From contig CAXXHB010000003.1 of NCBI GenBank assembly GCA_963664815.2, positions 2,400,001 through 2,464,000 on the forward strand: DNA of 64,000 nucleotides, written 5' to 3'. How positions within the stretch are numbered: position 1 is the stretch's first letter; the number at the start of each line of letters is the position of its first letter. Of this stretch, positions 47,436 to 57,628 are shown piece after piece. The position numbers and the translations under genes were made by a program. The DNA is from Spirochaetota bacterium. Lineage in GTDB: Bacteria > Spirochaetota > UBA4802 > UBA5550. Below the pieces are notes generated by a model. The model saw nothing but the letters and a program-made list of their open reading frames with translations. It did no database searches and was not told where the DNA came from.

Positions 47436-48851
47436 TTACTGACGGCACTCTTTCCGTTCAGTTTCGATACATTCTATCTCTTCAATCAATTGTTCCCTGC
47501 CGGTTTCAACAGGTGTGCGTTTGAGATAATCAGATTTTCTTCTCCACCGCCCTGTTGAATAATATACAGTAACAAGGACTGCACCAATCCCCCACGCAAC
47601 AGGAACACCCCACCAGATTCCATCAGTTCCCATCCTGTACGAAAGCCATGTAGACACAGGAATACGTACAATCCATAAGGAGATCAGTGTAACAAACATC
47701 GGGATCATCGTATCTCCCGCTCCACGGAGAGCTCCGTTAAAAATGAACATGGTTGAAAATACAATATAAAAGCCACCTATGATAAGAAGGTAGCTCTGCC
47801 CGATATCTATTACGTTTTTATCCCCGTTGAACATGTTTATGAGATGATCACCGCCTAATATGACAATAAGAGATATAACAATTGAAATAATAGAAGAGAT
47901 AATAAGACCAGCCCTAAGTCCCTTCCAGACACGATCCATTTTACCGGCGCCGATATTCTGCCCTACAAACGTTGATACCGCTATTGACATATTCATCGCC
48001 GGCATCATAGCGAAGGCATCGATACGGCCTGCTGCTGTAAATGCAGCGATAGCATCTGTTCCGAAATTATTGACCAGGCGGGTAAGCGCCATCATTCCGG
48101 CAGCAACAAGCATCTGCTGTATGCCTGACGGAAGGCCGATCTTAACGCTTAGTCTGAAGATTTCCTTATCAAAACGGATTTTCCGCAGCCTCGGCACTAG
48201 CATGGGATTTTTTCTTTTCAGGTAATAAAGTCCTCCGATAAAAGAAACTCCCTGCGCAATAACGGTTGCAATACCGGCTCCCAGTATTCCGAATCTGAAG
48301 ACAATGACAAACAGTATTTCAAGAATTATATTTATCACTGTTGATGCAATAAGAAGATACAAAGGTGTCTTTGAATCTCCAAGTCCGCGCAGTATCGCGC
48401 TGATTGAATTGTATCCGAAAAGGAAAATAAGCCCGTACAACATCACATCTATGAATATCTTCGCATTATCGAATACAGCAGCGGGTGTATTAAGCAGATG
48501 CAGAATTGATCCGCTGAAAAATAATCCAAGAACTGTCATCATAAGCGAAGTTACAAAAAGAAAGATATAAGAAGTTTCAATAGTCAACTTGACCTTCTCA
48601 ATATCTCCTGCACCAAAGTATTGAGAGATAAGAACCGTTGTTCCCATGGTTATGCCCATAATCATGGCTATCAGAAGAAAAAGGACAGGAAATGATGCAC
48701 CAACAGCAGCAAGCGCCTCTTTGCCGATAACCTGACCGACAATGATAGAATCAAAAACATTGTAGAACTGCTGGAATATATTCCCGAGCAGCAGAGGCAG
48801 CGAAAAAAATATAATAAGCCTGAATTCACTCCCTTTTGTCATGTTCATCAT
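47436..48851 (-). CDS. MATE family efflux transporter
   Basis: MTKG, GNIFQQFYN, ISQYFGAG, LRGLGDSKTP, GQNIGAG, LRGAGDT. Confidence 0.92.
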   Translation of the reverse strand: MMNMTKGSEFRLIIFFSLPLLLGNIFQQFYNVFDSIIVGQVIGKEALAAVGASFPVLFLLIAMIMGITMGTTVLISQYFGAGDIEKVKLTIETSYIFLFVTSLMMTVLGLFFSGSILHLLNTPAAVFDNAKIFIDVMLYGLIFLFGYNSISAILRGLGDSKTPLYLLIASTVINIILEILFVIVFRFGILGAGIATVIAQGVSFIGGLYYLKRKNPMLVPRLRKIRFDKEIFRLSVKIGLPSGIQQMLVAAGMMALTRLVNNFGTDAIAAFTAAGRIDAFAMMPAMNMSIAVSTFVGQNIGAGKMDRVWKGLRAGLIISSIISIVISLIVILGGDHLINMFNGDKNVIDIGQSYLLIIGGFYIVFSTMFIFNGALRGAGDTMIPMFVTLISLWIVRIPVSTWLSYRMGTDGIWWGVPVAWGIGAVLVTVYYSTGRWRRKSDYLKRTPVETGREQLIEEIECIETERKECRQ

Positions 48852-49028
48852 AGATGACGTATCTCCCTGCTTATAATAATTTGATTCATTGAATAAAGTA
48901 CTGCAGTTTTGTCGATCAGTAAAATTAAAACCGTATATTCATATACAGGAATAATTCTGGTTGGATACTTTTTTTATAGAAATATAATTTATTATGATAA
49001 AAATGTTCTTACATGCCATTTTGAACGT

Positions 49029-49108
49029 ATGTGAGTGCTTCATCTCCGCTCAGCAACCATTTATAACGGTCAGTGAAACTGCCGAACTGCTCAGCAGCTA
49101 CCGCTTCT
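49029..49108. repeat. dispersed REP-like element, copy B
   Basis: Homologous to 26634-26713; an extra CCTGCCGAA follows at about 49129. Confidence 0.75.
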
Positions 49109-49196
49109 TCGAAATGCGATGTATTGAACCTGCCGAAATAACAGACGTTCTATTTCAATCATAAAAGTCCATGATTATTACAACAACTGACTCAGG

Positions 49197-50543
49197 TTAA
49201 AAAATTATCCCTGCTTTAATCAGTACATCATAATTTACACCCGATATTCTGTACTCGCCGTCTTTATCACCCAGATAACCGTTAAATGTTGCTCCCGCAG
49301 TAAAATTATTTATATCTGTATAACTTAAACCGGTTGATGCAATATATGATTTCTGTTTAATATTAGAGATTCCGTTAAGAGTCAGTGTAATATCGCTGAT
49401 AATAAACTCTTTAACTGTTATGAAAATTGCCGCATAGTATTTCGAAAAATAATTTGCATCATATAACCCGTGCCCTAAAAGATACGTTTTCATATTTCCG
49501 CCGGGAAGAGTATATGTTGTGCCGTCTTTTTTAAATACTACAGGTTCACTATATGAATAAATCTTTTTATCTTTTAACGGGTTATCCGTGTATCCCTCAC
49601 CGTTATAGAACATCTCTATACTTATATTCAGGGTATTTGCCTTCTCACCGAAATCGAAATCCCTTCCGAAATTTATACTTGCTTTATAAATATCTTTCTC
49701 ATCATCTTTTTCTGTTTTCAGAATTCCGGAATCATTAACTATCTTCTCTGTATTGCTTCCATGGGAATAACTTGCTTCACCCTTAACGTCTATGCCGAGA
49801 ACTCTGCTTGAAAAATCATATCCGTAAACAGGGTTTGATTCTTTCTTCCCCCATGCGGAGAATGCCATCTCAGTTTTATTTATAAGAAACTCAAACTTAC
49901 CGGCGCCGGCAACATCTTTTCCTTCACTTGACTCGTTCATGTTTGCAAATCCGTATATATTAATCACAGTGCCTATGGGTATATGCATTTTCAATCCATA
50001 TGTTCCCTCACGTTCCTCAAGCTTACTCAGAAAACTTTTCTTCTCAATATTTATCATATCTGTCGGGTTCCAGAGATAGCACTGCCCCCAGCTAAGTACC
50101 TGTTTACCCGTTCTGAAATAAACATATCTTTTAAGATTGAAATCAACGAATATTTCCTTGGTGGAGAATGTTGTCTGCTTTTCATCTGTCTCGTCTTCAT
50201 TAATCGACGCATCATGCTTCAGCTCAAAGGATCCGAATCCTTTGGATTCTCCGGGAAGACGCGCGTCAAAGAGAAGATCCCCAATGATGTAAGGTTTCAG
50301 TGCATCCGGCTGAATTGTGCTTACACCTGATGATTTGTCAATCTTCGAATATGAGAGAGCACTTATAATATCCCCGGAAATTGCCACTCCTCTTTTATCC
50401 ATCTCATTTTTAAGCGTGTTGTCCTGAATTTTATTCTCGATTACCGTTTCATTTCCGGAGAAAAGCTGGTCTTCATTGACCGGTTCATCTGCGGCAGTCA
50501 ATTGCGCCGGAATTAGTAATAATAACAACAGCAGCTTTTTCAT
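49197..50543 (-). CDS. probable outer-membrane beta-barrel partner of the Lol-like cassette
   Basis: Signal peptide, GKQ-x2-SWG...WNPTD motif, alternating beta strands, C-terminal Phe. Confidence 0.7.
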   Translation of the reverse strand: MKKLLLLLLLIPAQLTAADEPVNEDQLFSGNETVIENKIQDNTLKNEMDKRGVAISGDIISALSYSKIDKSSGVSTIQPDALKPYIIGDLLFDARLPGESKGFGSFELKHDASINEDETDEKQTTFSTKEIFVDFNLKRYVYFRTGKQVLSWGQCYLWNPTDMINIEKKSFLSKLEEREGTYGLKMHIPIGTVINIYGFANMNESSEGKDVAGAGKFEFLINKTEMAFSAWGKKESNPVYGYDFSSRVLGIDVKGEASYSHGSNTEKIVNDSGILKTEKDDEKDIYKASINFGRDFDFGEKANTLNISIEMFYNGEGYTDNPLKDKKIYSYSEPVVFKKDGTTYTLPGGNMKTYLLGHGLYDANYFSKYYAAIFITVKEFIISDITLTLNGISNIKQKSYIASTGLSYTDINNFTAGATFNGYLGDKDGEYRISGVNYDVLIKAGIIF

Positions 50544-50552
50544 AATGTTATC

Positions 50553-51317
50553 CTATTTGCTGAGATTTTCCAGATACGGTTTTGTAAAAATTGAATTTTC
50601 AAGTTTAGCTGTTGATATACCGGATATCTCAACAAGCGTTTTATTCCCTTTTTCAAATTCATCTATGAACATCATTTTAATCGCGACATACCTTCCATCT
50701 ACAACTGTATAGTTCAGGTAATAAGATGTTTCCATCAGGGTTCCAGACAGAGAATAGGATTGTTCCTTGAGAGGGAGAAAATTATCCTTCCTTATCCAGT
50801 AGATCTTTTTCGGATAGTCAACATCGTTTACTATTGCCTTAACCTCAAATCTGTAAACAGGTATTTTACCTAATACCTCTTCAGAAAGTATCTCCTTTTT
50901 AGCACCGTCAAGAGACGGAGCGTAAAGCTCCGTAAGTTTTCTCTTTTCAAAATCCTGTGCATGAGCGTTGGTGCCGCCGATACTCTCATCCCTGTTTATA
51001 TGCTGGAATGTTCTTGTGTTTCTCCTGTACATCCAGAAGTTATCTCCAACCCTGAGATATCCATTTCCTTTATCAGACTCCGGAGCCGTCATAACTATAA
51101 GAAACGAGTCGTCGGAATCGCGTCTGTAGTATATCATCTCTATGTTTTTAGTCCCCTGGTTCACCTTCTGCTGTGTCAGGTTAACCTTAGCCCTTGCGTC
51201 AGATGTCATTTCCTGAATTTTCTCAATCTTTGAAAGCATTACTCCTACAGTAATTTCTGCAAATGCGGAAACTCCCGATATTAATATGATAAATGCAATT
51301 AAAAGTTTTCTTAACAT
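50553..51317 (-). CDS. outer-membrane lipoprotein-sorting protein (LolA-like/TP0789 type)
   Basis: Signal peptide, P-x2-DKG-x2-YL, W-x-Y, Y-x-K-x3-WI; start set at the ATG at 51317 behind AGGAGA. Confidence 0.8.
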   Translation of the reverse strand: MLRKLLIAFIILISGVSAFAEITVGVMLSKIEKIQEMTSDARAKVNLTQQKVNQGTKNIEMIYYRRDSDDSFLIVMTAPESDKGNGYLRVGDNFWMYRRNTRTFQHINRDESIGGTNAHAQDFEKRKLTELYAPSLDGAKKEILSEEVLGKIPVYRFEVKAIVNDVDYPKKIYWIRKDNFLPLKEQSYSLSGTLMETSYYLNYTVVDGRYVAIKMMFIDEFEKGNKTLVEISGISTAKLENSIFTKPYLENLSK

Positions 51318-51327
51318 GAATTGTCTC

Positions 51328-53094
51328 CTATTCATAATGCCTTAATGCCTCCGCTGAAGAGAGATTTGACGCTCTTCTTGCGGGGAAGAATGCCGTAATA
51401 ATTGTAATAATAAGTATCAGTGTAATGTTGAAAAACACGCTTCCGAATGTCGGAAGAAAATAGAGATGCCGGCTTACAAGGAGTATGCCCATTGGATTAT
51501 CTGCTACATTGAATTTAATCAGCGTAAGGATTCCCATCAGTATAAAAGCAAAGATAGTACCGGCAACTGAAGCAAAAAATGACAATAATGATGTCTCTAT
51601 CATAAAAATTCCCCAGACATCACGTTTCTGCATACCTATCGCCCTGATTGTGCCTATCTCCCGCGTTCTCTCCTTGATTGTCATTCTCAGTGTGTTTACA
51701 ACACCAATAAGTATGATAAAAAAGAGTATAAGAACCGCTGAAATCGTAATCATGTTAAGTACCGATTCCAGTTTAAGTACATCACTAGCGCTTTCGTACA
51801 TCGAGTTAACATCGATAGTAGTAGCCTTGATCTTTTTTCTTGCCTGTGCAGCAAATTTTTTTCTCATCTCATCAGTGTTCCGGCTCCGGCTCAGAAGCTC
51901 CCACTCCTTGCCGAGTACCGGTTTAAATGATGCTTTTTCTGATGGTATAAAGGCCGAGGAAATATCGGCATTTAAATCCGGAATGCGGTCATAGAATTTC
52001 GGATAGAAAAGGGATTCATGCATGTAAATGGTTTTATCTCCGGTGATTGCATCTGAATTAAATACACCCTTAACCTTTGTTTTAAATGAAACTCTCTCCT
52101 TTTCAAACTTTGTATTATAGCTGATGGAAATTTCACGACCGGGTGTCACGCCCAGTCCGGCGGCAAGTTTATCACTTATCATCACCCCGTCATGGAGTAT
52201 TACATCCTCCATTTTTCCTTTAACAAGCTTAAATGACGAACTTACTGTCTTAAGCGAATCATCATCACCCCTGAAGGGCAGAACAGTAACCCTGGAAACA
52301 CCGGAACCGGAGAATACTTCTCCGGCGATGAATGCCGGCCCCGGGGTAAGAGCTGCATGAATTTTATCAGCAACTTTTACCGCGTTCTTTTTTGAATCTT
52401 TTATTTTCACATGAATATTCGCTGTTTCATAGGGTCGATAACCCATCATAGCCTTAACGTTTTTAAGCTCGCAGAACATAACGCCCTGCATAAATACATT
52501 ATCGTTATTCAGTATCCCTATTACGGTGAGCCTTTCACTCTGGCTCTGCCCGAAAATATTTCTGAACCTGATGCTGATTACATCATTCTTTTTAACATTA
52601 AGTGAATCCGCTTTGTCTTTCGAAAGAATAACTGCGTTTGCAAAAGCAGAAGTGCCTAAATCCTCGAATTTCCCGTCAATGATATTAAACGATTCATTAT
52701 ATGCCTTTCTCTGGTCCTCTGTTATTTTTTTTGCAGTGTCAACTCCCACAAGAACCATATTATCCGCTTTTCCGTTTCCTATAGCCCGTGTGAAAATCCC
52801 CAGGCTTTCATCAACCTCTGCATCCTTTTCTATATTCTTTTCGATAATGGAAAAAAGCCTCTCCCTGTCACGGAACACCGGAACCCTTCTGCCGGAACCT
52901 TCATTAAGATTTATACTTACATGACCCGCGACATAAGTTACAATCTTGTTAAACATTATATCCTCAATCCCGTGTGAAAATGAACTGGCCATAATGAGTA
53001 TTGCAACTCCGAGGGCAATAGCCAGCCCCAGCATCAGATTGCGTCTTTTCTGCCTCAGGAGATTTCTTAAACTGAGATTAAACAGCATTTTCAT
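51328..53094 (-). CDS. FtsX/LolE-like ABC permease (enlarged periplasmic domain)
   Basis: RNLLRQKRR, NTLRMTIKERTREIGTIRAIG, PARRAS...EALR. Confidence 0.9.
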   Translation of the reverse strand: MKMLFNLSLRNLLRQKRRNLMLGLAIALGVAILIMASSFSHGIEDIMFNKIVTYVAGHVSINLNEGSGRRVPVFRDRERLFSIIEKNIEKDAEVDESLGIFTRAIGNGKADNMVLVGVDTAKKITEDQRKAYNESFNIIDGKFEDLGTSAFANAVILSKDKADSLNVKKNDVISIRFRNIFGQSQSERLTVIGILNNDNVFMQGVMFCELKNVKAMMGYRPYETANIHVKIKDSKKNAVKVADKIHAALTPGPAFIAGEVFSGSGVSRVTVLPFRGDDDSLKTVSSSFKLVKGKMEDVILHDGVMISDKLAAGLGVTPGREISISYNTKFEKERVSFKTKVKGVFNSDAITGDKTIYMHESLFYPKFYDRIPDLNADISSAFIPSEKASFKPVLGKEWELLSRSRNTDEMRKKFAAQARKKIKATTIDVNSMYESASDVLKLESVLNMITISAVLILFFIILIGVVNTLRMTIKERTREIGTIRAIGMQKRDVWGIFMIETSLLSFFASVAGTIFAFILMGILTLIKFNVADNPMGILLVSRHLYFLPTFGSVFFNITLILIITIITAFFPARRASNLSSAEALRHYE

Positions 53095-53103
53095 ATTCCC
53101 CTC

Positions 53104-54624
53104 CTAATCCCTTGATATCGCATCAAGAGGTACAATCCCTGTTGCAACTTTCACAGGATAGATAACTGTAATAACAGTAACTGCCGCCAGCTGAAGAATA
53201 ACCAGCAATATATCAGTATATGTTAAAACAGGGAAAAATTTGTCACCCCCATATAACAGCTGAACCATATCATTGTCTGTTGTTATATTTAATAGCGGTA
53301 CAATCTTGACAATTACAATTCCAAGGATAACCCCGATTCCCCCGAATACTCCCGAAAGCATTGCAGTCTCCCCGACAAACATACTGCTTATGAATTTCTT
53401 CTGGGCGCCCACCGCTCTCATCATCCCTATTTCCGTTACTCTTTCAAGTGTCGCCATGGTGAGTGTATTGACTATAATAATTATTGCCACGACAAAGAGC
53501 ATCATGACGAAGAAGAAAAGCGCACCCTTTATTATTGTAGCCATATTCCCGACAGGTCCGGCCCCCTTTTTCCATGTCACCGCCTTTACACCGAGATTTG
53601 AGGCGGCAAGCACAGTATTCAGCTTACTGACTCCATCTTCCATTGAAACACCTTTTTTCAGTTTGATAAATATAAGATTGTATGTACCCGATTCGAGGTC
53701 CAATCCCTCTGTTGTGGAGAGATCTTTCTGAGTGAAATCCACGCTGATATTTTTATTCCCGTTATCTGAGACAATGAGACTCCCCGAGCCGAACATAGAG
53801 TCAAGATTTTCAGATTCAAGCAGTTTTTTTCTGTCGGAGGTTACTGTAACCTTTGTATCAGCCGCAGAGAAGTAGCCCAGAGCTCTTCTGTACGATTCAA
53901 TATCCATAATCGTAAAATGGCCCCACATTGTGTTCAGAGCCTTATATCGTATTATACCCTTAATCGGAACCCGTATATCAGATGAAGAGTTATTCTCTGA
54001 AAATCCCATAAATACCGGATCTGATTTGACTATCAGGGATCTTTTATTCTCCCTTGCATCATCGGTAAGGTTTTTTTCATCAACTTTTCCGCCATGAGGA
54101 ATAAACCATAAATTCATAGATTCATAGAGTTCATTCCTCGCTTTCAATGCCATCAGTAACCCCTGTTCATCATCACCAAGCAGTGAACCCTCAACAGGAG
54201 ATATATTCTCCTTAAAAAAGTTCCTGTACTCTTTAAAGTCAACTCCAAGGAGATATGCAAATCCCGGCTCACCCTCCTCCTCGTTTATTATCATTGCTCC
54301 GTTTTTACCTACGGGGAGTTTGCCCTCTATATAATCCTGCTTATCCAGAAGAGGCCTGATATCCTTATAATTCGTTATTGTCTCAACTGATTTTCCCATA
54401 ATTTTAAAAAGTATATTGTCAGACTGTTCCTTCCCGGATATTATAACAATGTCTCCCATAAAGCCGTTTACTATGTTTCTCTCCAGTCCCTTGTCCATTC
54501 CGGAAATTACACCATTCCCCACTGTCATAATCAGCGATCCGAGAAAGAGTATCACCCCTATTATAATACTCTTCCCTTTATGCCTCTGTATATTCCGCCA
54601 CGCAATTTTCAGTATAAGTTCCAT
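53104..54624 (-). CDS. FtsX/LolC-like ABC permease
   Basis: IAWRN, NTLTMATLERVTEIGMMRAVG, YP...P-x-DAI. Confidence 0.9.
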   Translation of the reverse strand: MELILKIAWRNIQRHKGKSIIIGVILFLGSLIMTVGNGVISGMDKGLERNIVNGFMGDIVIISGKEQSDNILFKIMGKSVETITNYKDIRPLLDKQDYIEGKLPVGKNGAMIINEEEGEPGFAYLLGVDFKEYRNFFKENISPVEGSLLGDDEQGLLMALKARNELYESMNLWFIPHGGKVDEKNLTDDARENKRSLIVKSDPVFMGFSENNSSSDIRVPIKGIIRYKALNTMWGHFTIMDIESYRRALGYFSAADTKVTVTSDRKKLLESENLDSMFGSGSLIVSDNGNKNISVDFTQKDLSTTEGLDLESGTYNLIFIKLKKGVSMEDGVSKLNTVLAASNLGVKAVTWKKGAGPVGNMATIIKGALFFFVMMLFVVAIIIIVNTLTMATLERVTEIGMMRAVGAQKKFISSMFVGETAMLSGVFGGIGVILGIVIVKIVPLLNITTDNDMVQLLYGGDKFFPVLTYTDILLVILQLAAVTVITVIYPVKVATGIVPLDAISRD

Positions 54625-54625
54625 A

Positions 54626-55303
54626 TCATCCCTCTATGATGAGTCCGTCTTTTATTTTCACTACCCGGTTGGCGTACTTCAGCACATGCTCATCATGCGT
54701 TGAGAAGATAAATGTGGTTTTTTCAATTTCATTCATTTTCTTCATCAGCTCAAGTATCTGTCCCCCTGTAACTGAGTCGAGATTGGCAGTCGGTTCATCC
54801 GCCAGCACTATATCCGGATTTGTCACAAGGGCGCGCGCTATTGCCACCCGCTGTCTCTGTCCGCCGGAGAGTTCGGCAGGACGGTGTTTTATATGCTCTG
54901 TAAGTCCCACTTCTTCAATAAGTTTTTCCGCGCGTTTTCTTACCTCTGCTTTTGTATGTTTTTTCATGAGAAGCAGGGGAAACTCTACATTCTCCCTTAC
55001 ATCGAGTACAGGGATGAGATTAAATGTCTGGAATATGAAACCTATTTTGTTAAGCCTGAGGTTAGTGAGAGTTTTATCATCCAGAGTTGTAATCTCGGTA
55101 CCCCCCACTTTAACGCTCCCCTCTGTTGCAGTATCAATGCACCCTATGACATTAAGGAGCGTGGTTTTACCGCTTCCCGAGGGACCGATTATACTGATAA
55201 ATTCCCCCTCGGCGATATTCAGATCAACTCCCCTTACCGCATGGACAATTGTTTCACCAAGCGGATAGTTTTTTTTCAGTCCTTTAATTTCTATTAAACT
55301 CAT
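54626..55303 (-). CDS. LolD/MacB-type ABC ATP-binding protein
   Basis: GPSGSGKT, GFIFQTFNL, LSGGQRQR, LADEPT, STHD; start set at the ATG at 55303 behind AAGGAG. Confidence 0.93.
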   Translation of the reverse strand: MSLIEIKGLKKNYPLGETIVHAVRGVDLNIAEGEFISIIGPSGSGKTTLLNVIGCIDTATEGSVKVGGTEITTLDDKTLTNLRLNKIGFIFQTFNLIPVLDVRENVEFPLLLMKKHTKAEVRKRAEKLIEEVGLTEHIKHRPAELSGGQRQRVAIARALVTNPDIVLADEPTANLDSVTGGQILELMKKMNEIEKTTFIFSTHDEHVLKYANRVVKIKDGLIIEG

Positions 55304-55380
55304 ATTACACTCCTTATTCTGCTTATTCTGACTTCCAGATAAATTCATAAATACTCCGCCGGCTGAGCGGAGTCCCGACC

Positions 55381-56076
55381 CTACTTCATCAGATCAATAT
55401 CCGCAGGGGGATTTTTTAATATCGAATATATTATACGTTTAGCATTAACTGTTATTACATTAAGAAAATCAAATTTATAAAATGGCATATCGGCATGATC
55501 ATGCCTGTTGGCTTCAAGCATGTACTTTTTAAAATCATGCATCCTTATCATAACTGTAGAGATCGACCAGAGGCTTATAGCGATTTCAAGGGGATCTGCT
55601 GTCTCCCTGAAAACTCCATTATTTATTCCATCCTTTACTATACCCATATTGAGCCCCCATATGCTCCTTATCCTTTCATGAAGCATTTTGTGTGATTCAT
55701 CATTTGCATCAGGATGGAACTTCCCCGGCACATGCACGTCATTGAGCAGCCTGAAATGCTCCGGATATTTATTGTAAAATTCAAAATACGCTTCTCCGAT
55801 CTTTCTCAGCCTCTCAACTGGATCACTAATTCCGCTCTGGTATTTAAACATCAGTTCATAAAGCTCCGTAAGAGCCTTATACATTATTGCCGAAAGAAGC
55901 TCCTCCTTACTTTTAAAATGAAGGTAAAGAGTACCTTTTGCCAGCTCACAAGCCCTGGCAATTTCATCCATTGTCGTATTGCCGAATCCTTTTTCTATGA
56001 AGAGTTTCTCACCGGTTTTAAGTATCTCATCCCGTCTGAGCACCTTCTCCCTCTCTTTTCTCTCTTTTACTCCCAA
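55381..56076 (-). CDS. TetR/AcrR family regulator
   Basis: TTG start; LF-x-EKG...TTMDEIA...KGTLYLHFKSKEEL. Confidence 0.92.
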   Translation of the reverse strand: MGVKERKEREKVLRRDEILKTGEKLFIEKGFGNTTMDEIARACELAKGTLYLHFKSKEELLSAIMYKALTELYELMFKYQSGISDPVERLRKIGEAYFEFYNKYPEHFRLLNDVHVPGKFHPDANDESHKMLHERIRSIWGLNMGIVKDGINNGVFRETADPLEIAISLWSISTVMIRMHDFKKYMLEANRHDHADMPFYKFDFLNVITVNAKRIIYSILKNPPADIDLMK

Positions 56077-56211
56077 AATTAACTTCCCCTGTAGCTGTAA
56101 AATTATCCCTGAAATATAAAATATCGTTCATTGCATTATTTACAAATCTGCTTTCGAAATTGTCAGATTTGTTTGAAGTAATTACACCACTTTTCTGCTA
56201 TTTCTCTACTG

Positions 56212-56271
56212 ATGACTGTGGGTAATATTATGACTATTAGTCATAATATTACCCACAGTCATAAAAGTCAA
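56212..56271 (-). promoter_or_regulatory. TetR-operon promoter with triple operator (51-bp perfect palindrome)
   Basis: Arms 56212-56236 and 56238-56262 are exact reverse complements; TTGACT-17 bp-TATTAT on the minus strand overlaps them. Confidence 0.85.
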
Positions 56272-56778
56272 GTTTTTTATATAAATTATAGTTTTTTTCC
56301 GGCATTGAAAATGCAGCATCAATTCTCTTTTAAGAATCTGAAGTCAGTACTGTTGAAACTTTCCGGATCCCGCAGATAAGCATTCATTATTTATATACAA
56401 CCTGGCAGCCGCATTATTAACCATAAATGTTCATCTGCAGCAGCAAACTACAACGAGAGCACGTTATTCTTCATAAGCACTTTAAAATGACATTATATTT
56501 CATAAAAATCATTTTAAACAAAGATGATTCGGTTAAAAATTTGCTTCTCCCCGCCTTGTTATCTAATCTTAAATAAATACTATTGCTGATAATTCAATCT
56601 TTACCGTGAACAGTATCCGGCATTATTGACCGTTTACGCTTTATTCCGGTCAGAATCATCGGTTGATATTCTTAGCACGCTTCATTTAAAGTGTTCAGGA
56701 ACGGCCAATTGATGAACCATGTTGCTTTAGATTAAAAATCATTCTGCATATCTTAAATTTTATTTTTGAGGTGATTAA

Positions 56779-57150
56779 ATGAAAATTCTGATTATTGACG
56801 ATTCACTGGTAATAAGGAATATTCATAAAAATATTCTGAAAGAAAAGAAAATCCCCGAAGAAAACCTTTTTGAAGCTGATAATGGCTTAACGGCGCTTGA
56901 AATTGCCGGGAAGGAAGCTATCGGCCTGTTCATTGTTGACTGGAACATGCCCGGTTTAAATGGTCTCGATTTTATTAAAAAAATCAGAGGCATGCAGAAT
57001 TATGCCCTTACCCCTATAATAATGGTCACTTCAGAAGCGGCTAAATATAATGTAATGGAGGCTATTGATGCAGGGGCAACAAACTACATCGTCAAACCAA
57101 TACATGATGATGTCTTATGGACTAAGATAGAAAAATATGTTAAACAGTAA
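56779..57150 (+). CDS. cheY: CheY-like single-domain response regulator
   Basis: IDDS, VDWNMPG (phospho-Asp), MVTSE, YIVKP. Confidence 0.88.
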   Translation: MKILIIDDSLVIRNIHKNILKEKKIPEENLFEADNGLTALEIAGKEAIGLFIVDWNMPGLNGLDFIKKIRGMQNYALTPIIMVTSEAAKYNVMEAIDAGATNYIVKPIHDDVLWTKIEKYVKQ

Positions 57151-57164
57151 ACCGGAGATACATT

Positions 57165-57623
57165 ATGAAAGCTGAATATATTAATCCTTTCCTTGACGCA
57201 TCCATGAACCTTTTTAAAACCCACCTCAGGTTTGATATCAGGAACAATGCCCCCTATGTAAATGAAGACACACAGAATCTTAATGAAATTTCCGCCATTA
57301 TAGGTCTTGCCGGCGACATCATAGGTGCCATCGTTCTCAGTTTTAACCGTGAAACCGCCATAGCAATGGCTTCACGATTTACAAACCAGACGTATCATGC
57401 TCTTACAAAGGAAGTAATAGACTGCGTAGGTGAAATGGTAAACATAATAGCCGGTAATGCCAAAAAGGATCTTGCCGGATTCCGTGTGGAGATATCTCTG
57501 CCGGGAGTTATCACCGGTCACACATATAAGATCAACTGGCCCCAGGGTGTGCCGATAATAACCATACCGTTTGAATCTGATGCGGGGATGTTTAACGTAA
57601 ACGTATCATTCAGAAAGCATTAG
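57165..57623 (+). CDS. cheX: CheY-P phosphatase CheX
   Basis: YINPF, IGLAG, GEMVNIIAGN (ExxN), ISLP. Confidence 0.92.
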   Translation: MKAEYINPFLDASMNLFKTHLRFDIRNNAPYVNEDTQNLNEISAIIGLAGDIIGAIVLSFNRETAIAMASRFTNQTYHALTKEVIDCVGEMVNIIAGNAKKDLAGFRVEISLPGVITGHTYKINWPQGVPIITIPFESDAGMFNVNVSFRKH

Positions 57624-57628
57624 GCTAA

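Noticed and set aside
56280-56778. c-di-GMP riboswitch upstream of cheY
   Set aside because: A GCAAAC motif is present but the GAAA tetraloop and CGCAAAG elements are not
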